Shown: in pieces, positions 1 to 9,994 of the stretch
Position numbering within the stretch: position 1 is the first letter of the stretch
Layout of the letters: each line of letters opens with the position of its first letter
Source: an uncultured Mycoplasmatota bacterium
GTDB lineage: Bacteria > Bacillota_I > Bacilli_A > RF39 > UBA660
Assembly: GCA_900549325.1 (NCBI GenBank)
Contig: UROI01000003.1
Span: forward strand, 1 to 62,733
DNA: 62,733 nt
Reading direction: 5' to 3'
Notes under the pieces: model-generated
Databases searched by the model: none
What the model was told of the DNA's origin: nothing
The model's input: only the letters and a program-made list of their open reading frames with translations
Position numbers and translations under genes: made by a program

Positions 1-294
1 TTGTATAATAAAATCAGTATATTTAAATATTATTAATAAAAATACATGTATAAATAAAGTTATTATTAATATATTTTTACTTTGATTTTTATATTTATCA
101 ATTAAAATGGCTCCTATATAAGCAATAATAATTTCTGCAATCATTAAAAAAACATACTTAGGTTCTCCATAAAAATAAAACAATAAAGAAGCAATTAATA
201 AAATAATATTTTTATATTTTTTAGGTGTTATAAAATATATAATTATTAACGCTGGTAAAAAATAATACAAAAAACTAATACTAGTAAATAACAT
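1..294 (-). CDS. MBOAT-family O-acyltransferase (AlgI/DltB-like), N-terminal 98 codons only; continues past the window edge
   Basis: Not in the ORF track (no stop in window). Own translation from ATG 294: MLFTSISFLYYFLPALIIIYFITPKKYKNIILLIASLLFYFYGEPKYVFLMI..., a typical MBOAT N-terminus. SD GGAGG (plus cctcc 300-304) lies 5 nt upstream. Confidence 0.55.
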   Translation of the reverse strand, partial: MLFTSISFLYYFLPALIIIYFITPKKYKNIILLIASLLFYFYGEPKYVFLMIAEIIIAYIGAILIDKYKNQSKNILIITLFIHVFLLIIFKYTDFIIQ

Positions 295-305
295 TTTATC
301 CTCCT

Positions 306-331
306 CTTAAAAAGGCACCTTTAAAGGTGCT
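306..331 (-). terminator. Hairpin plus T-run after the 335..913 gene
   Basis: Perfect palindrome GCACCTTTAAAGGTGC at 315-330, followed on the minus strand by TTTTT. It overlaps the SD region of the downstream MBOAT gene, so termination is probably partial. Confidence 0.45.
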
Positions 332-334
332 TCT

Positions 335-913
335 TTACTCTACTATTGTCATTTCTGGTGGAAGTTCTAGACTTCCCTCATCATTTGTTTTTTCTAATTC
401 TTTTCCAATCTCATTATTTACATATTTCTTAAAATCATCATATACTGCTTTAGCTATATCTTTATCGGTCATTACAGAGAATATTACATTACCACTATTA
501 GTAATATATAATTGTTCTGCAGAAACACAAATCCAACGTCCCATATCAATATTATCTAGCATCTCTTGCTTAATTTTTTCTACATCGGCAGTATCTTTAA
601 CCTTAACAACAGCCACTGAATAAGCTTGTGATGTTATCAATGGTACTGATACAACAATTGATTCAATATCATCATTTGATTTTAATCCTGTATAACTAGT
701 AACTTCATCAATATTTTTTACATCTATTTTCATAGTTTCAAGTTCCGGTAAAACATTTTTATTATCTTTATTTATTGAATTAATCATTTTGATAATATCT
801 TTAGTTGTCTCAAGACTACCTGTATTTTCCTTTCCTGATACTAATATAATTATACCAAATGAGATAACCGCTAGTAATATTAAAGCTATTACTAAAATAT
901 TTTGTTTTTTCAT
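335..913 (-). CDS. Membrane-anchored extracytoplasmic protein, DUF4358-like
   Basis: 192 aa with N-terminal signal-anchor MKKQNILVIALILLAVISFGIIILV. Sits directly upstream of an MBOAT gene, a common Clostridia-type pairing. Family assignment is from memory only. Confidence 0.5.
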   Translation of the reverse strand: MKKQNILVIALILLAVISFGIIILVSGKENTGSLETTKDIIKMINSINKDNKNVLPELETMKIDVKNIDEVTSYTGLKSNDDIESIVVSVPLITSQAYSVAVVKVKDTADVEKIKQEMLDNIDMGRWICVSAEQLYITNSGNVIFSVMTDKDIAKAVYDDFKKYVNNEIGKELEKTNDEGSLELPPEMTIVE

Positions 914-1165
914 TATTTCTTCCTCCTATTTATATCTTAATTATACCATACTAAAAATATTAAGTAAATGTATTTTTACTCATTAATTTCGATTTAATTT
1001 TTAAAAGAGTTTATGTTTCCTTATTTATTATTAGAATATATAATTGCGATATTTTATTTTTGTTTTTGTCATAATATGACAATATTTGACAAAGTAAGAT
1101 ACAGCATTAATTTGACTTTACATTTGATGTGTAAATCAAAACCAGAATATATGTATGTCCTAGTT

Positions 1166-3445
1166 TTAACATTTATTTTTTTCTCTAGATATATTATATA
1201 TTTCATTAACAAACCTGCTACGATGTAATGGATTTCTATTTACTAATAAATATACATTGTGTTTGGTTCTAGTTAAAGCCACATAAAATAATCTACGTTC
1301 TTCTGCAAATGGTATTTTTTCTTGATACCAATGATTATTAAATATTTCTATCATCCAAAAATTTCCTTTTACCATCGGAAAATCCTCATCTAAACCTATG
1401 ATTATAACTTCATCACTAGTTAGTCCCTTAGACTTATGAATAGTCATACCATCTATATCAACATCAGAGCCTTCAAAAATTATTTTTGTGCCTATTCCAT
1501 CTTTTAGACTTGGGTCATTATAAATTTTTTTAATAATATTATTAGTTCTACCAAGAATCATTATGTGAGAGTCTTTATTTTTTTCGTGTATTTTAATAAT
1601 CAGTTCCTTTAATTTTTGATACTCTTCTTTATCATCAAACATTATATACTTAATTGGTGAACTATTTTCTTTGGTGGAAATTAATTTTTTAGGTATCTGC
1701 TGGCGATTTTCCATGATAAATTTACTGGTATATTCAATTAGTTTTTTGCTATTACGATAAACTTTTGATATTCTCAAATATTTAGCAGTTGGAAAATATA
1801 TAGAAAAATTATATATGTATTCTATTTTAGAACCTGCAAATGAAAATATTGTCTGCCAGTCATCTCCTACTGCTACTACTTTGGCAGCATTTTTATCTGA
1901 TACATGTTTAGCTAAAATGTATCTATCTTCTGATATATCCTGATACTCATCAATTATTAGGTATTCAAAGTTTAGATTTTCCGTATTTTTTATGACACTA
2001 ATATATTTGTTAGCATAATAAATCATATCACTAAAATCAAAGCCATAGTTTTCACTATTATAAAGCTTTGATTGATAATATATATAGAAATCATTAATAA
2101 ATTTATATTGAATTTCAGCAGCAGTCTTCTCACTACCTTGTAGTTTTGAAATATAATCATTTATTACTTCCTGATAATTATTTCTATTAACTGATGATTT
2201 TATTCTTTCAATTACTGAATAAACAAAATTTCTAAAACGGAAGAACTGTGAAGACTCATTTTGATCTAACATAAAATTAAATATTTCTAGGTCTGACTTT
2301 TCTTTTAAAGTAAAACCCATTTTTAGTAGTTCCTCTTTTAACTTTACTATCATATCTTCGCCTTTTTGATAATCAAGAGCAATAAACTTAGTATGATGTT
2401 TGGCATGGTAATATTCTTTCATTCTTTTAATTTTATTGTATCTTGATAGTTCATTGTCTTCATATGTTGATAAGCCAAAATATTCTATATATACTGGCTG
2501 CCCATGTAGTGATAAGGTAAAGTCAGGATGATAACTTCTTCGCTCAGGCATTAAATTTTCGTATATTTTTTCATATTCATAGTCAACATTATTTCTAAAT
2601 AAAAAATTTGCTATTAGTGCTTCTCCCTTAGATTTTACAAGTTCACCTTTTATGGTATAAATCACTTCTTTATTTAGAGACATTTCTATACCATCTTCAA
2701 TCCACTGATGTAAATCTATTTTATCTTGTAATTCACTTTGCTTGTAACTTTCAAAATATTCTTCAAAAGTCTGATATTTATCATAATTTTCTTTAAAATA
2801 TTTACCAAAGGCTCTACTGTGATCTACTGTTTCAATAGTAAAAACATTAATTAGGTCTTTTAATCTTTCTTTGTCTGGGAAGATTTCTTCTTTAAAGAAT
2901 TTTAAAAATATTTGATTTTTTAAATTGGAATCTACGACATAGCATTTATGTTCTTTAAATATTTCTCTAATATACATAAAACCAAGCGAATGGAATGTTG
3001 TTACTCTAGCAGGTATTCCAAAATCTATAACTATTCTTTTTTCTAATTCTTGAGTAGCCTTCTTTGTATAACTCATCACTAATATTTTTGATGGATTTAC
3101 TTTTTTGATGTCTACAAGAAATTTTACTTTGGAAGCCATTGTTGTTGTTTTACCAGTACCCGCTCCTGCAAGAATAAGGGAGTATTCTTCATCTGACAAG
3201 ATAGCTTTTATCTGTTCTTCATCTAAGTGAATTTCTGGATCTATATCATTATACATGGTATCAAAATATTCTTTGTATTTAATATATTCCTTATCTAATA
3301 CTTTATTATTGTAGTTATCTAAATTAAAATTAGCCGGAATGATATCGGGAATGGTGTTTTTTATATTTTCAAAAAGATAGTTTGAAATATACTCTTCTTT
3401 CTGTAATTTATTTAAAAACTCTTCTCTTAGTTTTGATACTTCCAT
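1166..3445 (-). CDS. UvrD/Rep-family SF1 DNA helicase, helicase IV (HelD)-like, with an inserted nuclease-like segment
   Basis: Walker A AGAGTGKTTT, Walker B IIDEYQD, VGDDWQTIFSFAG, HKSKGL and YVALTRTK motifs. Internal segment ALIANFLFRNNVDYEYEK...YHPDFTL...YIEYFG resembles a restriction-endonuclease-like insert. Confidence 0.8.
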   Translation of the reverse strand: MEVSKLREEFLNKLQKEEYISNYLFENIKNTIPDIIPANFNLDNYNNKVLDKEYIKYKEYFDTMYNDIDPEIHLDEEQIKAILSDEEYSLILAGAGTGKTTTMASKVKFLVDIKKVNPSKILVMSYTKKATQELEKRIVIDFGIPARVTTFHSLGFMYIREIFKEHKCYVVDSNLKNQIFLKFFKEEIFPDKERLKDLINVFTIETVDHSRAFGKYFKENYDKYQTFEEYFESYKQSELQDKIDLHQWIEDGIEMSLNKEVIYTIKGELVKSKGEALIANFLFRNNVDYEYEKIYENLMPERRSYHPDFTLSLHGQPVYIEYFGLSTYEDNELSRYNKIKRMKEYYHAKHHTKFIALDYQKGEDMIVKLKEELLKMGFTLKEKSDLEIFNFMLDQNESSQFFRFRNFVYSVIERIKSSVNRNNYQEVINDYISKLQGSEKTAAEIQYKFINDFYIYYQSKLYNSENYGFDFSDMIYYANKYISVIKNTENLNFEYLIIDEYQDISEDRYILAKHVSDKNAAKVVAVGDDWQTIFSFAGSKIEYIYNFSIYFPTAKYLRISKVYRNSKKLIEYTSKFIMENRQQIPKKLISTKENSSPIKYIMFDDKEEYQKLKELIIKIHEKNKDSHIMILGRTNNIIKKIYNDPSLKDGIGTKIIFEGSDVDIDGMTIHKSKGLTSDEVIIIGLDEDFPMVKGNFWMIEIFNNHWYQEKIPFAEERRLFYVALTRTKHNVYLLVNRNPLHRSRFVNEIYNISREKNKC

Positions 3446-3541
3446 ATTGATACACTTCCTTTATTGTAATTATAACATAGGTAATTAAACTTTTGATATA
3501 TTAATTGTAAAAATTTGGTAATTACTTAATTTAAAATTGTT

Positions 3542-3596
3542 CATTATGAAGACCTTAGGCTTCATAATGCCCCGAAAGACTATAGGCTTAAGGGGG
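3542..3596 (+). repeat. Double-hairpin element, copy a
   Basis: cattatgaag-ACCTTAGG-cttcataatg (3542-3569), then ccccgaaag-ACTATAGG-cttaagggg (3570-3595, 2x2 internal mismatch). Both apices read AGAC..GGCT. Confidence 0.85.
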
Positions 3597-3644
3597 AGTG
3601 CAAAGAAAAAGAAAATATATTGTTATATACTTTCTATATGAATA

Positions 3645-5036
3645 TTATCCTACGATTAATATTTGACCTATATTTAATAGATTTGAACTAAGATTATTTA
3701 ATTCTTTTAGTCTATTTACTGTTGTGTTATACTTTTTAGCTATAGAATATAGAGAATCTCCTGATTTAACTGTATAAGTTGTTTCCCTTGAAGTACCTAG
3801 TGGTATTCTTAATACCTCTCCTATTTGGAGAGTATTGGTAGTAAGATTATTGGCTCTTTTGATGGCATCCACAGTTACATTATATTGATTTGCTATCTTG
3901 TACAAGGAGTCACCTGATTTAACGGTATAATCTACTGTATTTGATGATGGTGTTTCTGATGATGTGGTTGGTAGTTTTAAGACCTGACCTACGGATAAAA
4001 TGTTTGAAGTAAGGTTGTTTACTCTCTTTAGTTCATCTACTGTGGTATTATATTTTTGGGCTATTTTATATAAAGAATCTCCACTTTTTACTGTGTAAGT
4101 ATTTTCTGGAGTAAGAGGACTTGGCAGTTTTAGTGTCTGGCCTATTACGAGGTTATTCGATGTTAAATTATTTAATTTTTTTATTTCATCAACAGTGGTG
4201 TTATTATTTTGGGCTATCTTGTATAGTGAGTCACCACTTTTTACTGTATAAATATTAGTTTCCCCTTCATATACTTCTTTTGATGGTATTCTTAGGACCT
4301 CTCCTATCTGGAGAGTATTTGAGGTAAGGTTGTTTTCTTTTTTTAATTCTGAAACAGTGGTACCTAGTTTATTGGCAATGCTATATAATGAGTCGCCCTT
4401 TTGTACTATGTATGTATTGGTTATTAATCCTTCAGGTGGTGTGTATGGTACTCCTATATAGTTTGCTACTGCTGAAATGACGGCTTCTGCTAGTTCTTCA
4501 TAGTTTTCTTTTAGAAAGTTTACATCTTTGGCATTATCTATGAAGCCATATTCAACAATTAGTGGTTCTAGGTTGCCAGTATCTCTGTGGATGAAATAAT
4601 AGTCTTTGGAAGTGTTTGATGGTAGTCTTCTTTGATAGTATTTTCTTGTTTCTTGTCCTGCAGCCCCGATATTGCTCAGAATATTTTTGGCTAGGGTATC
4701 TTTGTTTCTTAGGGCGTATATGACTTCGGCTCCTTCGCCGCCTCCTGAATTAACATGGTTCGATATTAGGATGACATCGCTGGAATTGCCAAACTTACCC
4801 AAGATATTGCTTACTCTCTGTGATGGAGATAGTGTGGTATCTGAGTCTCTAGTTATAGCTACGGGAATGCCTAGGTCTTTAAATCTATCATACATATACT
4901 TTGATATTAATAGATTGTAGTCTTTTTCTAGCAAACCATTTCCTGTAGCTCCCGAATCCGATCCTCCGTGACCAGGATCAATTACTACTTTACGGACCTC
5001 TCTATATTCATTATTATTCATAGTTATCACCTTCAA
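3645..5036 (-). CDS. N-acetylmuramoyl-L-alanine amidase (Amidase_3) with five C-terminal LysM repeats
   Basis: VVIDPGHGGSDSGATGNG amidase_3 signature. Five repeats of the type YTVKSGDSLYKIAQKYNTTVDELKRVNNLTSN.L.(I/V)GQ.LK(L/I)P. Confidence 0.9.
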   Translation of the reverse strand: MKVITMNNNEYREVRKVVIDPGHGGSDSGATGNGLLEKDYNLLISKYMYDRFKDLGIPVAITRDSDTTLSPSQRVSNILGKFGNSSDVILISNHVNSGGGEGAEVIYALRNKDTLAKNILSNIGAAGQETRKYYQRRLPSNTSKDYYFIHRDTGNLEPLIVEYGFIDNAKDVNFLKENYEELAEAVISAVANYIGVPYTPPEGLITNTYIVQKGDSLYSIANKLGTTVSELKKENNLTSNTLQIGEVLRIPSKEVYEGETNIYTVKSGDSLYKIAQNNNTTVDEIKKLNNLTSNNLVIGQTLKLPSPLTPENTYTVKSGDSLYKIAQKYNTTVDELKRVNNLTSNILSVGQVLKLPTTSSETPSSNTVDYTVKSGDSLYKIANQYNVTVDAIKRANNLTTNTLQIGEVLRIPLGTSRETTYTVKSGDSLYSIAKKYNTTVNRLKELNNLSSNLLNIGQILIVG

Positions 5037-5081
5037 AGTAGTATATGTAAATAATGTTAATTTGGTTAACTTGACTAGAAG

Positions 5082-5105
5082 AAAAAGATACTATTTTTTA
5101 GTACC
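5082..5105 (-). terminator. Hairpin plus T-run after the UDG-family gene; degenerate copy of the 5846-5880 hairpin
   Basis: aaaaagatacta/ttttttagtacc. On the minus-strand RNA this reads GGUACU-loop-AGUAUC followed by UUUUU. Confidence 0.5.
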
Positions 5106-5106
5106 T

Positions 5107-5694
5107 TTAATCTTTATTTAATGTGTTATTTATTATTTTTCTTATTTCAATAATTCTTTTTTTCATAAAGTCTGGATTATCTTTAAACCATTTTATGTTA
5201 AGTGGAGATGGATGTGGCAGAACTATTGCTGGTTTATTAAATAATATATTATTTTTAAATATTAGGTCATTATAATTTTCATTTGGAAAAAATGTTTTAG
5301 CGGCTTGGGCTCCAATTATTATGTATAATTTATTATCTATATATTCTAATTCTTTCTTTATCCATTTTTCGTAGCATATTTTAGGTGGTGCTTTGTCATT
5401 ACCATTTTTATCTTTTCCTGGGTAGCAATGCGCTAAGGCTGTGATAAAGAAGTTATCTGGATTATAGAATTCTTCATCGGTTATTTGATACCATTCATAT
5501 TTTAATTTTTTACCGCTTTGATCAGTAAATGGCTTTAGTGTAGTATCTACCGTTTTAGATGGTGCTTGACTTATTTGAACTATTTTTGAAGTAGCTGAAC
5601 CTATGACTACTGGATGCGGTTTGAAACCAAACTTATCTTCACAAATATTACATTTTCTTATTTCACTTATTAAATTACTAAAGTCTTTTCCCAT
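5107..5694 (-). CDS. Uracil-DNA glycosylase superfamily protein
   Basis: 195 aa. CNIC near the N-terminus, ISQAPS (motif A-like) and LPHPSPLN (motif B, HPSPLN) are typical of the UDG fold. Confidence 0.6.
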   Translation of the reverse strand: MGKDFSNLISEIRKCNICEDKFGFKPHPVVIGSATSKIVQISQAPSKTVDTTLKPFTDQSGKKLKYEWYQITDEEFYNPDNFFITALAHCYPGKDKNGNDKAPPKICYEKWIKKELEYIDNKLYIIIGAQAAKTFFPNENYNDLIFKNNILFNKPAIVLPHPSPLNIKWFKDNPDFMKKRIIEIRKIINNTLNKD

Positions 5695-5845
5695 AATGCC
5701 TCCTGATACATTTAGTTTATTATATCATATTTTTATTATTTTTATTTCTATTTTTAGTATTGTTAAATTTTTAAATACATCATCTTATTATGATTTCACA
5801 CAATTAAATCAATGTAATTATTGAATTTATATTATCTCCTATTGT

Positions 5846-5880
5846 AAAAAGATACTAATTTTATTTTTTAGTATCTTTTT
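5846..5880 (-). terminator. Intrinsic terminator after the 5972..6619 gene
   Basis: 12-bp stem aaaaagatacta / tagtatcttttt with a T-rich loop. A/T runs on both sides allow function in either direction. Confidence 0.65.
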
Positions 5881-5971
5881 GATATTTAATTTATAGCGAT
5901 GTTATTTATATATAATTTGTAACCATTGAAATCTGTATTGCTATTGGTAGTATCGGTATTATCTAATGATG

Positions 5972-6619
5972 TTAGGTAAGTATCTCTGTAAAAAGACAAT
6001 ATCTACGTTTAAATTTTCTTTCAAATAAACTTAACTTATTAAAATTTGAAAATTCATTTTGTAGATAATTAAACCTATGATTTACAAGTTCTTTATTTAA
6101 GAATTTTGGTATTAGTTTATCAATGTTTGACATTACTATATTTATATCTTTGGGTATATCTACTAGACCATCTTGATATAAATATTTACCATATAATTCA
6201 AAATCTTTATGTTTATATTTTTTCTTCTGCTTCTTTTTATCTTCAATATCAATGTATTTTATTTTGTTATTTTTAAATTTTATTCCTATTATATTGTTAT
6301 TTGTATCTTGTACCCAACATTTGGTATATACAACATTATTAAAATAATTATCAGTTAATAAATGGGAATAATATCCTAATATTAAATCATCATTAAGTTC
6401 ATTTTTGTATGTATTTAAAAATTTGTTTATATTTATCATTTTTTCTTTAGGACAAGATGGAAAAGGAATATTATCATAAAAATGTGCTGTATAACGATTA
6501 ATAATGGTACCTTTATCTACATCTGGTATTAAATTACCATAATAAAATAAATCTTTATTTAAATTTAATTTTTTATTAACTTCTTTTGCTACTGCTAAAT
6601 GTACTGACCAACTAGGCAT
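5972..6619 (-). CDS. Zinc-dependent phospholipase C-like / metal-dependent hydrolase family protein
   Basis: 215 aa. N-terminal WSVHLAVA, GNLIPDVD and YYSHLLTDNYF resemble the His/Asp ligand pattern of the Zn-dependent PLC fold. Weak, by-eye call. Confidence 0.4.
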   Translation of the reverse strand: MPSWSVHLAVAKEVNKKLNLNKDLFYYGNLIPDVDKGTIINRYTAHFYDNIPFPSCPKEKMININKFLNTYKNELNDDLILGYYSHLLTDNYFNNVVYTKCWVQDTNNNIIGIKFKNNKIKYIDIEDKKKQKKKYKHKDFELYGKYLYQDGLVDIPKDINIVMSNIDKLIPKFLNKELVNHRFNYLQNEFSNFNKLSLFERKFKRRYCLFTEILT

Positions 6620-6723
6620 TATATCACCTCTATCATTAATTTAAGTATATCATAATTTTAATAATTTATATGTTATATTGGGTTATTTTTACAATATTTT
6701 GATATTTTATATGTAATTAGTTA

Positions 6724-6813
6724 TGGCTTATAATATAATACAACACAAATATTTTTAATTTAGAGACTATATAATAGGCTCTAAATTGCCTCTTAAGACC
6801 TAGGCTTAAGAGG
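6724..6813 (+). repeat. Double-hairpin element, copy b (box plus two hairpins)
   Basis: Box ggcttataatataatac (6724-6741). aatttagag-ACTATATAATAGG-ctctaaatt (6757-6787). cctcttaag-ACCTAGG-cttaagagg (6789-6813). Confidence 0.9.
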
Positions 6814-6840
6814 ATAAAGAAAAAAATAACATAGACTATA

Positions 6841-7932
6841 TTAATCTACATTATTTACTTTTATAGTACTTACATACTTTATATTTAATATTTTATCATA
6901 TAGTAATTGCTTATTTTTTAATACTCTTATAAAACTATATATATAGAAAATTATAAATATTAAAAATGTATTTAATCCTATTATTACTGATAAATAGTTA
7001 GGTATATTTTTAGCTAATAACATTTCTAAATGTACCACTAATGAAAATATTCCATAGTAATATAAATAGATAAAGATATTTCTTAAAGTTAATCTAAGTA
7101 ATCTCTTATCTGGTACTTCTAATGATACATTTATTATTTTTCCAAAGATTGTTTGGTTATGGTTAAAATATGGAATGATAATAAAGTATAGGACCGCTAA
7201 TAAAAGATTTATATATTTATTATTTATTAAAATTGATACTAACATTATCATTAGTAGATAGATAAAGATATCTCCTATAAAGAGTGTTATTCTTCTTAAG
7301 GAAGATACTTTTTGTCCTTCTTTTAATGATTTGGTATCGATATCTTCTCTTGTTGGTAAATGTTTTTGGATAGGACTTATTATTAAATAGCCCAGAAGAC
7401 CTCCTAATGTGTTTATTAATAGGTCATCCACATCAAAATTACGATATGGTCTAGGATAGATATAATATAGTCCTGTTAACTGAGTTAATTCAAAGAATAG
7501 TGATATTAAGAAACTTATAATTATTGTTTTCTTTAATGAACATTTATAGTAATATTTTAAATATACTCCTAATGGCATAAACATTATTATATTAAAGATA
7601 ACAGTATATATACTAGGCATAGTTATTATTTTTAAGATATTTATTTGTTTTAATTCTATAAAGTCCTCTATTATATCTTTTGTGAATGTTAATGGGATTA
7701 ACTGAGGATTAATCACTTTCATTTTGATTACTTCTTCTTTGGTTGGAAGAGGTAATATTACTAAAAAGTAGATTGTCATTAGATATAAGATAAAGGAATA
7801 TATTATTAAAGTTCTTAATTTGTTTACTGATCCATAATGATGATATTCATATATTATATATGGTAATGTTATTAATAAAGCTAAAAAAGGAAAGATTATT
7901 AAAGCTGCTTTTATTGGTACTAAATAGCTCAT
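6841..7932 (-). CDS. VanZ-family membrane protein with extended multi-TM C-terminal region
   Basis: 363 aa, polytopic. VanZ-like FNIIMFMPLGVYL ... FFELTQL ... RNFDVDDLLINTLGGLLGY. Confidence 0.7.
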   Translation of the reverse strand: MSYLVPIKAALIIFPFLALLITLPYIIYEYHHYGSVNKLRTLIIYSFILYLMTIYFLVILPLPTKEEVIKMKVINPQLIPLTFTKDIIEDFIELKQINILKIITMPSIYTVIFNIIMFMPLGVYLKYYYKCSLKKTIIISFLISLFFELTQLTGLYYIYPRPYRNFDVDDLLINTLGGLLGYLIISPIQKHLPTREDIDTKSLKEGQKVSSLRRITLFIGDIFIYLLMIMLVSILINNKYINLLLAVLYFIIIPYFNHNQTIFGKIINVSLEVPDKRLLRLTLRNIFIYLYYYGIFSLVVHLEMLLAKNIPNYLSVIIGLNTFLIFIIFYIYSFIRVLKNKQLLYDKILNIKYVSTIKVNNVD

Positions 7933-7933
7933 C

Positions 7934-9994
7934 TTATCTCTCCTTTATTATGTTTTTACTACAATAGTATGTTACTAAGAAATATCCTCCATAGATTACT
8001 ACTAGAAATACGGCGGTTAAAATTATTGATGATAATAATGATGATGTTCCTATTGTTTTTAAGATATAATTAGCAAATTTTATTCCAAATATGGAGTGAA
8101 TTATGGCAAGTAATAATGGAAATAAGAAGAATACTGCTATCTGATTAAATAAGGCTTTGTTTATCATCTTCTCATCGGTTCCTATTTTTCTTAACATATT
8201 AAATCTTTCTTTATTATCAGTACTTTCAGATAATTCTTTTAAGGCTAAGATGGCTGCACTTGATATTAAGAAAATTATTCCTAGATATAGTCCTACAAAT
8301 GTTACCATTGCTCCTAGTCCTATAGATGATGCATAGATATCTATTTTGGTATTATATGTTAGTAAGGTATCTTTGTTAAAATGATTATTCATTATAGTAT
8401 TAACCGTCTCTTCGATATCTTCTTTTTCTTCTTTGGTATCAGCTTGATAGTTGGCTGCTAAGATATTTTTATACGGATGAATACCTTCTAAGGCATTATC
8501 TGGTAATATTATTACTCCTGTATTAGTAGAACTTCCACTTAGTTCGATAAAACCATCTTGACATTCTTGATATTTTGGATAGTAGTTTTTACTATTTATA
8601 GTTAGTTTGGCATTATTTTTTAAAGCTATGTTTCGAATATCCGCCATCATCTTATAATTGGCTATAATTACATATTCATTATCTTTCAGAGTTAATTCTT
8701 TTTTGTTATATAGTTTTGCTAGACGATTGTAGTCACTTAATTTTATTAGTGTTTCTTTATCTTGATATGCTAGGAATGGATAATCTTTTTCTATTTGTTC
8801 TATTTGGTCTCCAAAAGAGTCTTTTAGGGTTATTTCTTCTACTCTATATGTATTTATATCTACTACATCTTTTAGATACTTATATACATCTAATCTTTGT
8901 AAGGTATCTTTGGCAGTGGTGTTATAGTCCTCTATTATGTCTTTGGAGAAACTTTCCTCTTCTTCATCTGATAATTGTTGTAATTTTGAGAACTGAATAT
9001 CAACGGGTGCTAAATCTTTTAGATTACCTGATAGGGAGTTCTTTATGGATAATGCTGATGAAAAGATACATATAGTAAAGAATAGCGTTAGGCATATAAT
9101 TGTCATTGAAAAGACTGTGGTATTTATTTTACTACTTATTTGACGAACGGTAAAACTATTTAGTCCTTTGTAGTAGTATTTTTTTAGATGCATTACTATC
9201 TTTAGGATTAGACCTGATAGTGACCAAAATATTAGAAATGTTGATACGCATCCTAAAGCTATAGGCAACAATATTCCTCTTATGGTATTCATTAGTGGTG
9301 AAGTACCAAATCCATCTGTTACTAGATAGTAAGCATATGATAGTGCTATGACAGCAATTATGAATACTATAGTGCAAATGATAGGATTTTTTAATTTTAC
9401 TTTTTCGGATTTTTTATTACCATGTAATAGGTCTATTAGTTTACATTTGTTTACAATTATGGTGTTAAATATCATTACTATTAGATACATTATGCTAAAG
9501 TATAATAAGGCTTTTAGGGCCGCTGAAGATGAAAATGTAAACTGAAATTTTGTTAAGTCAGCTTCAAACATATTGGCTACTAAGATACTCATTAGTTGTG
9601 ATAAAACTGTTCCTAGGGCTAGGCCTACTCCTAAAGAGATAACCCCTATTATAAGAGTTTCAAAGAAAAGGATTAGAGATATTTTTCTTTTGGGCATTCC
9701 TAGGGTTAAGTAGATTCCAAATTCTTTGTTTCTTCTTTTTATGAGAAAACGACTGGCATAGATTATTAGAAATCCTAGAATAAATGAGACAAAGACACTT
9801 ACTCCTCCTAGAATAGTGGTCATTAGTTCTATTGCTTCATACTTTGACGATGAGACATTTAGCATTACTGTTTGACTATCTATGGCATTGAAGACATAGA
9901 AAATGGCTACTCCTAGTACTAGGGTAAAGAAATAGATGGCATAATCTTTGATACTTTTGGTTATGTTTTTTAGTGACAATTTAAAGAGCATCAT
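7934..9994 (-). CDS. ABC transporter permease, FtsX-fold, BceB type (10 TM with large extracellular loop)
   Basis: 686 aa. The stretch at about aa 330-560 carries no TM segments and reads as a large loop between two FtsX-like halves. Start overlaps the ATPase gene stop by 14 nt. Sits in an RR-HK-ATPase-permease module. Confidence 0.85.
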   Translation of the reverse strand: MMLFKLSLKNITKSIKDYAIYFFTLVLGVAIFYVFNAIDSQTVMLNVSSSKYEAIELMTTILGGVSVFVSFILGFLIIYASRFLIKRRNKEFGIYLTLGMPKRKISLILFFETLIIGVISLGVGLALGTVLSQLMSILVANMFEADLTKFQFTFSSSAALKALLYFSIMYLIVMIFNTIIVNKCKLIDLLHGNKKSEKVKLKNPIICTIVFIIAVIALSYAYYLVTDGFGTSPLMNTIRGILLPIALGCVSTFLIFWSLSGLILKIVMHLKKYYYKGLNSFTVRQISSKINTTVFSMTIICLTLFFTICIFSSALSIKNSLSGNLKDLAPVDIQFSKLQQLSDEEEESFSKDIIEDYNTTAKDTLQRLDVYKYLKDVVDINTYRVEEITLKDSFGDQIEQIEKDYPFLAYQDKETLIKLSDYNRLAKLYNKKELTLKDNEYVIIANYKMMADIRNIALKNNAKLTINSKNYYPKYQECQDGFIELSGSSTNTGVIILPDNALEGIHPYKNILAANYQADTKEEKEDIEETVNTIMNNHFNKDTLLTYNTKIDIYASSIGLGAMVTFVGLYLGIIFLISSAAILALKELSESTDNKERFNMLRKIGTDEKMINKALFNQIAVFFLFPLLLAIIHSIFGIKFANYILKTIGTSSLLSSIILTAVFLVVIYGGYFLVTYYCSKNIIKER

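Noticed and set aside
327-623. Numerous 60-180-aa ORF-track entries antisense to or nested in long conserved genes. Examples: 327..623, 789..986, 4672..4920, 8716..9075, 9156..9377, 10184..10465, 11884..12171, 41307..41909, 46337..46639, 48375..48674, 51722..52042, 52291..52692, 56015..56317, 57092..57637.
   Set aside because: They overlap genes with strong motif support on the other strand. They have low-complexity S/L/F/I-rich translations typical of shadow ORFs in AT-rich DNA, and they lack SD sequences.
1013-1228. Intergenic or edge ORFs 1013..1228, 5603..5824, 12649..12849, 15413..15697 and 19822..20013.
   Set aside because: They have no SD and a hydrophobic, low-complexity composition. 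They run across promoters, terminators or the 3' ends of convergent genes, so they are most likely non-coding.
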